A stretch of 60,360 nucleotides of DNA, the filler included. It is 4 parts of 4 records of this genome, joined end to end, with 100 filler letters (N's around TTAATTAATTAA, not from the genome) between each part and the next. Parts side by side here need not be neighbours in the genome. Positions count along the whole stretch, not along the records: positions 1 to 26,981 come from SRR31156797_454; 3 more parts are not named here. The stretch is one strand, 5' to 3'. This document shows positions 1 to 8,501 of this stretch, piece by piece. Every line of letters begins with the position of its first letter. Within the stretch, counting starts at the first letter, position 1. The position numbers and the translations under genes were made by a program. The notes beneath the pieces are model-generated. The model searched no databases. It had not been told where the DNA came from and saw only the letters and a list, made by a program, of their open reading frames with translations.

Positions 1-663
1 CATGACCTCAAGCTCGTATTCCTTCCAGCCAAGGATGGAACGCTCGAGCATGATCTCACTCTTCATGGACAGAGCCAGACCATTGGAACAAATTTCCTCA
101 AGCTCTTCCATGTTATAGGCTACACCACCACCGGCTCCGCCCAATGTGTAAGCTGGACGGACGATAATCGGAAACGGGATTTTCTCACCCCACTCCCGCA
201 CGTCATCCATGGTACGACAAATACCGCTCTCGGGCATACCGAGACCGATATTTTCCATGGCCGCACGAAATTCTTCTCGTGATTCTGCCTTGTTGATCAC
301 CGGAATGTCAGCACCGATAAGTTCAACATTGTACTTATCTAATACGCCCATCTCCGCAACAGCCAAAGCGGTATTCAAACCGGTTTGCCCCCCCAAAGTC
401 GGCAAAAGAGCGTCGGGACGCTCTTTTTCGATAATTCGGGCTACGGTTTCGGGCTCAAGGGGCTCGATGTAAGTGGCATCGGCCAACTCCGGGTCGGTCA
501 TAATTGACGCGGGGTTGGAATTGACCAGGACGACTTCGTATCCTTCTTCCTTAAGCGCTTTAAGCGCCTGGGTTCCAGAATAATCGAATTCGCAAGCCTG
601 GCCGATAACGATCGGGCCGGACCCGATCAACATGATCTTTTTGATGTCTGTACGTCTGGGCAT
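1..663 (-). CDS. carB: Carbamoyl-phosphate synthase large subunit, 5' part (runs off window start)
   Basis: Manual translation from ATG at 663 gives [37 protein letters not shown]...[10 protein letters not shown]...[12 protein letters not shown], the canonical CarB N-terminus. Not in the ORF track because it is truncated. Confidence 0.97.
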   Translation of the reverse strand, partial: MPRRTDIKKIMLIGSGPIVIGQACEFDYSGTQALKALKEEGYEVVLVNSNPASIMTDPELADATYIEPLEPETVARIIEKERPDALLPTLGGQTGLNTALAVAEMGVLDKYNVELIGADIPVINKAESREEFRAAMENIGLGMPESGICRTMDDVREWGEKIPFPIIVRPAYTLGGAGGGVAYNMEELEEICSNGLALSMKSEIMLERSILGWKEYELEVM

Positions 664-1015
664 TCTCGTCCAAGGAGTTGAAGTTACGGCATTTTTTGTG
701 AGCCGGGGAATCCTGTGCCTACCCCGTCCGATCAGGCAATACCGCCACCCGCCGGACAAGCAAACTTTATTACAGGCTTACCCCCCGAATGGCAATGGTT
801 TTATGCCTCCTCCTGTTGTGGGAAAAGCAAGAAAAATCCCCTTCAAAACTTCCTCAACAACTCTTTCCAAGTGTACATTCTTACCATTCATATTTTATTT
901 TATCATTCAAAACTCAAAACTGTGGGCAAAAAACCATCTTTTTACTTAAAACACCCTTGAATAGTATGAATAATTTTCTTCTTTAATCTCGGCAGCAAAA
1001 AACAAAATTCTCCCA

Positions 1016-1054
1016 TTGACACAAGCGTAGTTGAGACTTAATTTCACTCTCAAC
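1016..1054 (+). promoter_or_regulatory. sigma70 promoter of feoA overlapped by a Fur-box-like inverted repeat
   Basis: TTGACA (1016-1021), 17 nt, then TAATTT (1039-1044). The inverted repeat GTTGAGA...TCTCAAC (1030-1054) spans the -10 element, upstream of an iron-uptake gene. Confidence 0.6.
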
Positions 1055-1077
1055 CATTTTTTGAGGGAATATTTAAA

Positions 1078-1359
1078 ATGCAAAAGCCTTTGACACAATA
1101 CCCCACCGGGGCTGTTGTTCGTATAACCGGAATTGACGGAGGCCGACAGGCCCGCGCCCGCATGCTCGCCATGGGCATGACGCCCGGTTGTCCCGTTGAA
1201 ATCCTGACTGGCGGCCCAACCGGCTGTCGAGTCCGCGTACGTGGATCAGAAGTCGTTCTCTGTTGCGGCCTGGCCGGAAAGATAATGGCGGTAGATAATG
1301 ACTCCAACGAAGGCCCGCACTGCAGTTGCTGCCCCGGACCACGGGCTAAAGCTTCATAA
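1078..1359 (+). CDS. feoA: FeoA-family protein with C-terminal His/Cys tail
   Basis: RARMLAMGMTPGCPVEI...CRVRVRGSEVVL...AGKIM matches the FeoA pattern. GAGGG RBS upstream. Tail reads HCSCCP. Confidence 0.88.
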   Translation: MQKPLTQYPTGAVVRITGIDGGRQARARMLAMGMTPGCPVEILTGGPTGCRVRVRGSEVVLCCGLAGKIMAVDNDSNEGPHCSCCPGPRAKAS

Positions 1360-1384
1360 TTGAAGACACACACCCGAATTCATC

Positions 1385-1408
1385 AAGCCGCCTCATGGCG
1401 GCTTTTTT
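1385..1408 (+). terminator. Rho-independent terminator after feoA
   Basis: AAGCCGCC-TCAT-GGCGGCTT hairpin followed by a T run. Confidence 0.8.
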
Positions 1409-1864
1409 CATGCACGATTCTCCGAATTATTCTTGTTTCAAACAGATTATTGATGACACCCCGTGTCAAAAATCAACGAAGGCCACTCCTTCCGAAAAAC
1501 CGCAAACAGATGAAACACGGGACACAAAACATTGATACGAGCCCATAATCTCCGAGGGTATGGAGAACAAGGAGACCTACTTGGGCAATCACCCAGCCAC
1601 ACTCACGAACTACGCCCCCCCCTGCTCTTCAAAGCCATGACTTTCAAAGCCCAAAAAAAGTACTTTCCCATGCCATAGGATTCTTCAAAAAACCGTTGGG
1701 CTCTGGGGATAAATAGGACTTTCAAAAAAAAATGAACTTATAGAACGAGCAAAAGTCTCTGGTGATATTCATAACGTTTACGTCAAAAAGTATCAGAAAC
1801 CGTATTGGAGACATCAATATTACCTGAATCCGTCTCCGACGGAACTCATATTACCCAACCATGT

Positions 1865-2662
1865 CTAAAGAGCTGAAGCACTCCCGGCGGGTTCCAATTC
1901 CAAGCGGATGCCCTTGATATCCCCACCACTTTCGAGCCAAGACTTCAGTAAAGCCCGATTGCGAAAGACCACTGGATGAGGGCATCCATACCCGGCCTGA
2001 ACCAACAATCCCGCGGCTTGATCCGGGTAATGTTTAGCTGCGGACAGACAGGCAAGCAGGTTGAGGCAAAGTTCATTCATGGGAAAACCAAGGGTCATGG
2101 CCTTTCCCAAAGGCAACATCACTTCAGCGTATCGGCGTGCACCATAATAGGCCACGGCCAAGTCAAATTGCGCTGCGTGCAATCCGGGCAGTAGCTCGGC
2201 AATAGCCTCACGCTCGACCACGGTATAAGAAATTCTATCGGCGATGTACGGAGTTCCGTCCACATTACAGACATGCACATCAAATCCGTATCGACGAGCC
2301 CAAAACACCCCCTCAACGGCCTCATCGGAATCAAGCATCATATCGACTCGTTGACATCCTGCCAACCGCATGGATTTAAGCAGCCCATCAGTAGGTACCC
2401 TGTCGAGATTAGCACTCCACAGAACCTTTATTTCACGAATTCGCATTTCCTCGCACATGGCAACAACTTTTGCGTGATCCCTGAACATGACTGGATCATT
2501 GAACATGAGCGTAGCAAGATTCTGCTCGCAGACTACCTGTTCCAATTCATCCATATTCCAGTTGTCATCGAACTGGACAAAATTCTGCGAAAACATACCG
2601 CAATTGTTACTAATATCACTCAATCTGATGTTCTTTCTTTGCACACGCATAGTCCACCCCAT
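1865..2662 (-). CDS. Hypothetical protein: degenerate radical-SAM-like barrel fragment plus TPR-like C-terminus
   Basis: ORF 1865-2686, likely ATG at 2662. MFNDPVMF...MCEEM...WSANLDRVPTDGLLKSMRLAGC resembles the core of B12-binding radical SAM proteins but there is no CxxxCxxC. QFDLAVAYYGARRYAEV is TPR-like. Confidence 0.6.
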   Translation of the reverse strand: MGWTMRVQRKNIRLSDISNNCGMFSQNFVQFDDNWNMDELEQVVCEQNLATLMFNDPVMFRDHAKVVAMCEEMRIREIKVLWSANLDRVPTDGLLKSMRLAGCQRVDMMLDSDEAVEGVFWARRYGFDVHVCNVDGTPYIADRISYTVVEREAIAELLPGLHAAQFDLAVAYYGARRYAEVMLPLGKAMTLGFPMNELCLNLLACLSAAKHYPDQAAGLLVQAGYGCPHPVVFRNRALLKSWLESGGDIKGIRLELEPAGSASAL

Positions 2663-2704
2663 GTCGCCTGTTTTTTGACGATTCAACGGTAATGGGCATA
2701 GAGT

Positions 2705-2720
2705 TGCAAAGAGTTTGCCA
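2705..2720 (-). promoter_or_regulatory. sigma54 (-24/-12) promoter
   Basis: Minus strand TGGC-AAACTCT-TTGCA has exact TGGC-N7-TTGC spacing, about 40 nt upstream of the 2662 start. Confidence 0.7.
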
Positions 2721-2760
2721 ACAAACGGACAAGGTATATGGCAACACCACTCACCTCTTC

Positions 2761-2797
2761 AAAAAGAAAGCCCCGGAAGCAAATGCTTCCGAGGCTT
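2761..2797 (-). terminator. Terminator after metG
   Basis: AAGCCCCGGAAGCA-AA-TGCTTCCGAGGCTT hairpin with a T tract on the minus strand. Confidence 0.75.
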
Positions 2798-2823
2798 ATA
2801 AACTGTATCTTTTCGCGTTTGGA

Positions 2824-4767
2824 CTAGCTGACTTTGCTCCCTGACGGGACATCGCCTGAAGGAGTAAGAAGTTGCATGCCGTCTTCTGTCTTCACAGCCA
2901 AAATCATACCTTGCGACAACTGTTTTCTCAGCTTGCGCGGCTTCAGATTGGCAACAACGACGACCTGTCTGCCCACGAGATCATCAGGGCTAAAGAAATC
3001 GGCAATACCTGCCACGACCTGACGCAATTCAGCATCACCGGTGTCAACACGAACCAACAACAAGCGATCTGCATCAGGATGCTTTTCCACTTCCTTGACC
3101 GTTCCGACACGCAGATCGAGCTTTTGAAAATCCTCAAATTCTATATTTGAGATTTCTTCATCGGCTTTTTCCTGTTTCTTGGACTTCTTGCCGTTCTTGG
3201 ACTTCTTGGCAACCTTTTCTTCCTTGGCTTCAGGCAACTCTACACGAGGAAAGAGATTAGATGTCTTGGCAACAGTTTCGCCAGATTCCAACAGACCCCA
3301 AACATCCAATTCCTTGGGCAAATTAACCTTCTCAGGATCAAACGCTATGCCAAGCTGTTCCAACATCTTTTCGGAAGCTTCCGGCATCACCGGCCACAGA
3401 TGGACGGCAATCTTGCGCATATTCTCCAACAACACATAAATGACCGTGGAGAGACGCTCCATGTTCTCTTCTTTGTACAAAGCCCAAGGAGCGGTAGCGT
3501 CGATATATTTATTCAGACCACGCACCAATTCCCACAACCCTTCAAGGGCACGGGAAAACTTGAATTCGGAATAGAAACTCTGGAAAGACTGCATGGCATC
3601 CTGACCAATTTTCTTAATTTCCGCATCCACGATATCTTCCACATCGGGACGGGGAATACTTCCACCAAAATACTTATGTGTCATGGACAAAGTTCGGCTG
3701 AACAGATTGCCAAGATCATTGGCAAGGTCCGCATTGAGACGTCCAACCAAAGCCTTTTCAGAAAAGCTGGAATCCTGACCAAATGACATTTCCCGAAGCA
3801 GGAAATACCGAAAGGCATCCAGTCCGTAGGCATCCTTCATGGCCAAGGGTTCCACCACGTTGCCAATGGACTTGGACATCTTGGTGTCTTCCACCAGCCA
3901 GTACCCGTGCACGTTAAGGTGCTGGTACGGCTCAATACCTGCGGCCTTGAGCATCGTTGGCCAGAATATAGCATGTGGCTTGAGTATGTCTTTCGCAACC
4001 AAATGATTTGCTGCCGGCCAGAACTTCTTAAATTTGTCGCCCTCGGGATAGCCAAGTGCGGCCAGATAGTTGATCAAAGCGTCAAACCAAACATAAGTGA
4101 CATACTGATCGTCGAAGGGCAGTTCGATCCCCCAAGTCAAGCGGGACTTGGGACGGGAGATGCACAGATCTTCAAGCTCGCCGGATTCCAGCAAGCTCAT
4201 GACCTCGTTTTTGTAGCGTTCAGGACGGATAAAATCAGGATGCGCGTTGATATGCTCAATCAACCAATCCTTGTATTTGGACATTTTGAAGAAATAGTTT
4301 TTCTCCGAAATGTATTCGGGCACGGTCAGATGATCAGGGCATTTACCATCAACCAGTTCCTTCTCGGTATAAAAGCGCTCACAACCGAAACAATAATGAC
4401 CGCCATATTCGCCGAAATAGATATCTCCTGCGTCATAGACCTTTTGCAGGATGCTCTGCACCACCTCTATATGTCGAGGCTGCGTGGTACGAATAAAATC
4501 ATCATTTGAAATATTCATGTCCGGCCACAGGTCTTCAAAGAGCTTGCTGATGGTATCAACATATTCCTTGGGAGTCTGGCCGTTGGCTTCCGCGGCTTGA
4601 ACGATCTTGTCACCATGTTCGTCGGTACCGGTCAGGAAGTAGGTCTCCTCGCCCATCAACCTGTGAAAACGATTCAAGGAATCGGCCACAGTCGTGGTAT
4701 ACGCATGCCCCAAATGGGGCTTGGCGTTTACATAGTAAATGGGCGTGGTGATATAAAAACTTTGCAA
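2824..4767 (-). CDS. metG: Methionine--tRNA ligase with C-terminal tRNA-binding domain
   Basis: FYITTPIYYVNAKPHLGH (HIGH motif), KMSKS, and C-terminal DFQKLDLRVG Trbp111-like domain. Likely start is TTG at 4767 after AAGGAG. Confidence 0.97.
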   Translation of the reverse strand: MQSFYITTPIYYVNAKPHLGHAYTTTVADSLNRFHRLMGEETYFLTGTDEHGDKIVQAAEANGQTPKEYVDTISKLFEDLWPDMNISNDDFIRTTQPRHIEVVQSILQKVYDAGDIYFGEYGGHYCFGCERFYTEKELVDGKCPDHLTVPEYISEKNYFFKMSKYKDWLIEHINAHPDFIRPERYKNEVMSLLESGELEDLCISRPKSRLTWGIELPFDDQYVTYVWFDALINYLAALGYPEGDKFKKFWPAANHLVAKDILKPHAIFWPTMLKAAGIEPYQHLNVHGYWLVEDTKMSKSIGNVVEPLAMKDAYGLDAFRYFLLREMSFGQDSSFSEKALVGRLNADLANDLGNLFSRTLSMTHKYFGGSIPRPDVEDIVDAEIKKIGQDAMQSFQSFYSEFKFSRALEGLWELVRGLNKYIDATAPWALYKEENMERLSTVIYVLLENMRKIAVHLWPVMPEASEKMLEQLGIAFDPEKVNLPKELDVWGLLESGETVAKTSNLFPRVELPEAKEEKVAKKSKNGKKSKKQEKADEEISNIEFEDFQKLDLRVGTVKEVEKHPDADRLLLVRVDTGDAELRQVVAGIADFFSPDDLVGRQVVVVANLKPRKLRKQLSQGMILAVKTEDGMQLLTPSGDVPSGSKVS

Positions 4768-4812
4768 ATCAATTCTCCTTGTCATGACGAACACTGTCCG
4801 CCAGCCACGCAG

Positions 4813-5973
4813 TTATTTTTTGGAAGGCCTGCGCCTACGCCTTCTGGGCCTGCGCCCTCTTTTTGATTTTTCATCGCCGGAACGGGATTCGCTCTTCCCT
4901 GCGGGGGCTGAACGATCCGGCGTGCCATCCCGCTCTTTCTTCTCGGGACGCTCCTGACGGGGACGCCGCTTGCCATCCCGCTTGTCACTGCCACTCTTAT
5001 CACTCCGCTTCGGCTTCCCTCGCCCCTGAGGACCACCAGCTTTTTCTTCAGATTTTTCCTTGCCACGTTTGGTATCACGACGAGAATCATCTGGTCTGGG
5101 AGGTCTGCCACCACGCTTGCCGCGCGGATTCCGAGGCTTGGCTTCAGCCAAGGCTTCTTCACTCGGCGGCTTGTTAACTATTTCATTCCATTCGTCAATG
5201 GAAACTTCCCGCTCCTCGAATTTGTCGGTAAGCAAAGACAAGGTCTTTTTAAAGAAATTGGAACGGAGGACTTTCACCTGTCCCATGGACGTGGTGTACT
5301 TCTTTCCTACACGCGGACACATGCGGTGAAATTCTTCATAGCCTTCCTGCTCAAAGCTGAGACAACAAAGCAAACGGCCACAAATTCCTGAAATTTTGGT
5401 AGGATTCAAGAAAAGATTCTGTTCCTTGGCCATTTTAATGGTCACGGGAACAAACTTGCGCATAAACCGACGACAACAGCATATCTGGCCACAGTTGCCG
5501 ATAGCACCGAGCATTTGTGTTTCATGCCGTACACCGATTTGTCGCAGCTCTATACGGGTCCGATATTCTCGGACAAGGTCCTTGATAAGCTCACGAAAAT
5601 CGATTCGACCAGGAGCTGTGAAATAAAAAACCATCTTGGAGCGATCAAAAAAGACCTCAACATCCACAAGCTTCATTCCCAATTTATGGGTAACGATGCA
5701 CTTGCGACAGAACTTGAAGGCATCCTTGGACAGCGCCTCATTCTCGGCGATGGACTCCATGTCCTTTTCGTTGGCAAGACGATAAATCGGCTTATGGCCT
5801 TCGTTATCGTCCTCCTCTTTAGGGGCCTGACGAATCAGAATAACCTTGCCCAACCCCATGCCCTGATCGGTCTTGACGATGACGTGTTGTCCTTCCCGCA
5901 CGACAAAAGGACCGGAGGTAAAATAATATACCTGTCCGTAATCGTTGAATTTAACACCAAGTATTTGGCTCAT
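4813..5973 (-). CDS. ricT: PSP1/RicT (YaaT) family regulatory Fe-S complex subunit with basic low-complexity tail
   Basis: FYFTAPGRIDFRELIKDL...RIELRQIGVRHE...GNCGQICCC...KISGICGRLLCCL. Likely ATG at 5973. Directly upstream of metG. Confidence 0.9.
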   Translation of the reverse strand: MSQILGVKFNDYGQVYYFTSGPFVVREGQHVIVKTDQGMGLGKVILIRQAPKEEDDNEGHKPIYRLANEKDMESIAENEALSKDAFKFCRKCIVTHKLGMKLVDVEVFFDRSKMVFYFTAPGRIDFRELIKDLVREYRTRIELRQIGVRHETQMLGAIGNCGQICCCRRFMRKFVPVTIKMAKEQNLFLNPTKISGICGRLLCCLSFEQEGYEEFHRMCPRVGKKYTTSMGQVKVLRSNFFKKTLSLLTDKFEEREVSIDEWNEIVNKPPSEEALAEAKPRNPRGKRGGRPPRPDDSRRDTKRGKEKSEEKAGGPQGRGKPKRSDKSGSDKRDGKRRPRQERPEKKERDGTPDRSAPAGKSESRSGDEKSKRGRRPRRRRRRPSKK

Positions 5974-6085
5974 TATATTTCTATCCTGTATATAAGCACC
6001 CCGAATGATCGGGGAAGAAAGTATCATGCAAAGAGAGTCAATATATTAGAAAACGGCTTGGACTTCAAACAATGCCGTCAAAAGA

Positions 6086-6127
6086 AAAACGGGTGCCGTT
6101 TCAGTCGCACGGCACCCGGCTTTTTTA
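6086..6127. terminator. Hairpin terminator downstream of the CheY-like gene
   Basis: CGGGTGCCGT...ACGGCACCCG inverted repeat flanked by A and T tracts. Confidence 0.65.
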
Positions 6128-6143
6128 CTTGATAAACAAGGAC

Positions 6144-6539
6144 TTAAAGCAGCCCAAGGCTCTTAATCTCATTGAGAAGTTTCTCCTCATCAATGGGCTT
6201 GACCAAATAGGAAGTAGCCCCCCCGAGGAAAAAAGCGTCGTGTGTTTCTTTCTCATCCGCGAGCATGGTGGTCACGATAACCTTGGACTCATCCTGAGGA
6301 GCCACATCATGCTCCTTTTCCAATGCACGAATCTCGCGAAGAGCCTGCTGCCCATCCATTTCAGGCATGAGCAAATCAAGACAAATCAAATTATACGGTT
6401 CGCCATGAGCCAACCCTCGACCAAAGGCTTCAATAGCCTCTTCGCCGTTGACGGCAATGTCACACTGGGCAACCTGGCGTAAGATCTCATGAATCATATT
6501 CCGGCTGTAAAAATCGTCATCCACGATAAGCGCTTTCAT
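6144..6539 (-). CDS. Single-domain CheY-like response regulator
   Basis: MKALIVDDD...CLDLLMPEMDG...VTT...YLVKPI. GGAGG RBS before ATG 6539. Confidence 0.9.
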   Translation of the reverse strand: MKALIVDDDFYSRNMIHEILRQVAQCDIAVNGEEAIEAFGRGLAHGEPYNLICLDLLMPEMDGQQALREIRALEKEHDVAPQDESKVIVTTMLADEKETHDAFFLGGATSYLVKPIDEEKLLNEIKSLGLL

Positions 6540-6636
6540 GCACACCCTCCTGAGCAAACTCACAGCTTACAGCAACCTGAAAATTAATGTCACTTTACAC
6601 GACAAAATGCAACTCCTGCCATCCCCCGAATTCAAC

Positions 6637-7518
6637 CTAAATCTGTATGGTCTTTCCTTCACGCGCCAATTCAAAATTCACACCGGAATCCCCCCACTTC
6701 TCCTTGAGACGATCCTGAATGCCATCCAACTCTTCATCGGTCCGGGTTGTATCATGATGCGTCAGGTATGTCTTCCCCGCGCCCGTGTCCCGCGCCAACT
6801 CAAGAGCGCTTTCATATGTCGAATGCCCCCACCCCCGCTTGGTCTCATACTCTTCGTTCGTATATTGTGAATCCACTATCAAGACATCAACGCCACGAAT
6901 AAAATCAACAATAGCTTGACTGCGCTCCTGCACAACTTGTTCATATTCTTCAAACTCAGCGTCACCGGGCTGATATATGTTCTGCAACTGCTCATGATCA
7001 CCCGTAAAGAAGAGGCTTTTGTCGTCACATTCCACCTTAAACCCAAAATTCATGGCAGGATGATTCATGAGGATCGTTGAGACTTTTGCAAATTCAAGAT
7101 CGACAATCTGCCCATCAGACAAGGTGTTGTAGGAAATATTCGCTTGCAATTCGGCCACACGCACTGGGAAATGGGGATATTCCATCTGCTTGGCAAGCAC
7201 GGCTTCAATGCCTGTCATGGTCACAGGATCGGGTGGACCATAAATAGTCAATTCATTCCCCGGCACAAACATGGGGATAAAAAAAGGCATACCCTGAATA
7301 TGATCCCAATGCGTATGGGAAACAAAAAGATGACAATTGACTGGCATACTCTCCGACAACTCAATACCCAATTCCCTGATGCCGGTCCCGGCATCAAGAA
7401 TAACAAGATCATCAGCGTCGGATCGGACCTCAATACAGGTGGTATTACCGCCATATTTAACCGTGTCTGCTCCTGGTGACGGCAAAGAGCCCCGCGTCCC
7501 CCGGAATTGAAACCGCAT
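6637..7518 (-). CDS. MBL-fold metallohydrolase (ElaC/phosphodiesterase-like)
   Basis: GTRGS..., YGGNTTC, LDAGTG, SHTHWDH (HxHxDH), GWGHS and THHD motifs. Confidence 0.9.
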   Translation of the reverse strand: MRFQFRGTRGSLPSPGADTVKYGGNTTCIEVRSDADDLVILDAGTGIRELGIELSESMPVNCHLFVSHTHWDHIQGMPFFIPMFVPGNELTIYGPPDPVTMTGIEAVLAKQMEYPHFPVRVAELQANISYNTLSDGQIVDLEFAKVSTILMNHPAMNFGFKVECDDKSLFFTGDHEQLQNIYQPGDAEFEEYEQVVQERSQAIVDFIRGVDVLIVDSQYTNEEYETKRGWGHSTYESALELARDTGAGKTYLTHHDTTRTDEELDGIQDRLKEKWGDSGVNFELAREGKTIQI

Positions 7519-7520
7519 GA

Positions 7521-8387
7521 TCAGGCCTCCCCAAGCTTGATAAATATCCGAGCACGTTCCACTTCTTCATCAAGAGTTGGAAGCTCTGAGATGAGTTCCT
7601 CCATATCCATGGAAAATCGTTCCCTGACAGACTCGGGCAAAGGCTCAATCTCAAAATCTCCGGCCGCCCCGAAAGATAATTTTTTGGTAATTTGGTTAGC
7701 CGCAAACAAACAATCAAGAAGCTGAGAAGACTCTCCTGAACCAACAACATGATGCCGAGCTATGGCATCATGTAATTCCACTGGAAGATTCCATTTCTTA
7801 GCGAGCATGGCACCAATATCAGCATGATTAGCACCAATAACATCCTGCTCACACCGATGAAACGCAGCACCGGGTTCTGAAGCTCTTTCCGAAACTTCTT
7901 CAAACTCATCCGGCATGTACAGGGCAAAAACAGCCTTGCCAACGTCATGAAGTAATCCGGCCGCAAAGTAATCAGCAGCGTCATCACGCGAAACACCGAG
8001 TTTAACCCCTAGCATTCGTGTTGCCGTGGCCACGGCCAATGAGTGTAACCAGAATCCTCCCATGTCCAAATGCTTCCCTGCTGACTTGGGAATGGCTCCG
8101 ACAGCCGCCAAACCTAAGGCGACATTCTTCAACGTATTCAAACCGAGATACACGCTGGCCTGATTAATGGAAGTAATTTCGCGAGACAATCCGAAATAGG
8201 CAGAATTGACCAACCTCAAAATTTTGAGAGTAAAAACCGGGTCCCGCTTGATGACCTCGACCAGATCTCTCTGAGAACAATTGATGTCCCCTGTCAGCTT
8301 CAAAACCTGATTAACACTCTGAGGAAATGCAGGCATTTTCTCAACGGCAGTCAATAATTTATTTTTAAGTTCTGTCATTGATTCCAT
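7521..8387 (-). CDS. HDOD domain protein
   Basis: MPAFP, DPVFTLKILRLVNSAYFG, FWLHSLAVA, AGLLHDVGK, HADIGA...WNLP...AIARHH. Confidence 0.92.
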   Translation of the reverse strand: MESMTELKNKLLTAVEKMPAFPQSVNQVLKLTGDINCSQRDLVEVIKRDPVFTLKILRLVNSAYFGLSREITSINQASVYLGLNTLKNVALGLAAVGAIPKSAGKHLDMGGFWLHSLAVATATRMLGVKLGVSRDDAADYFAAGLLHDVGKAVFALYMPDEFEEVSERASEPGAAFHRCEQDVIGANHADIGAMLAKKWNLPVELHDAIARHHVVGSGESSQLLDCLFAANQITKKLSFGAAGDFEIEPLPESVRERFSMDMEELISELPTLDEEVERARIFIKLGEA

Positions 8388-8501
8388 TCACTTGAATGTG
8401 ACATGTTTTACTGAATTTTGTGTACCTAAAAACTGGAAACCAAACCATCTGATATACATGAAAGAACGGTAGCTCAGGAAAAATTCTGTGGCAAGTGAGA
8501 T

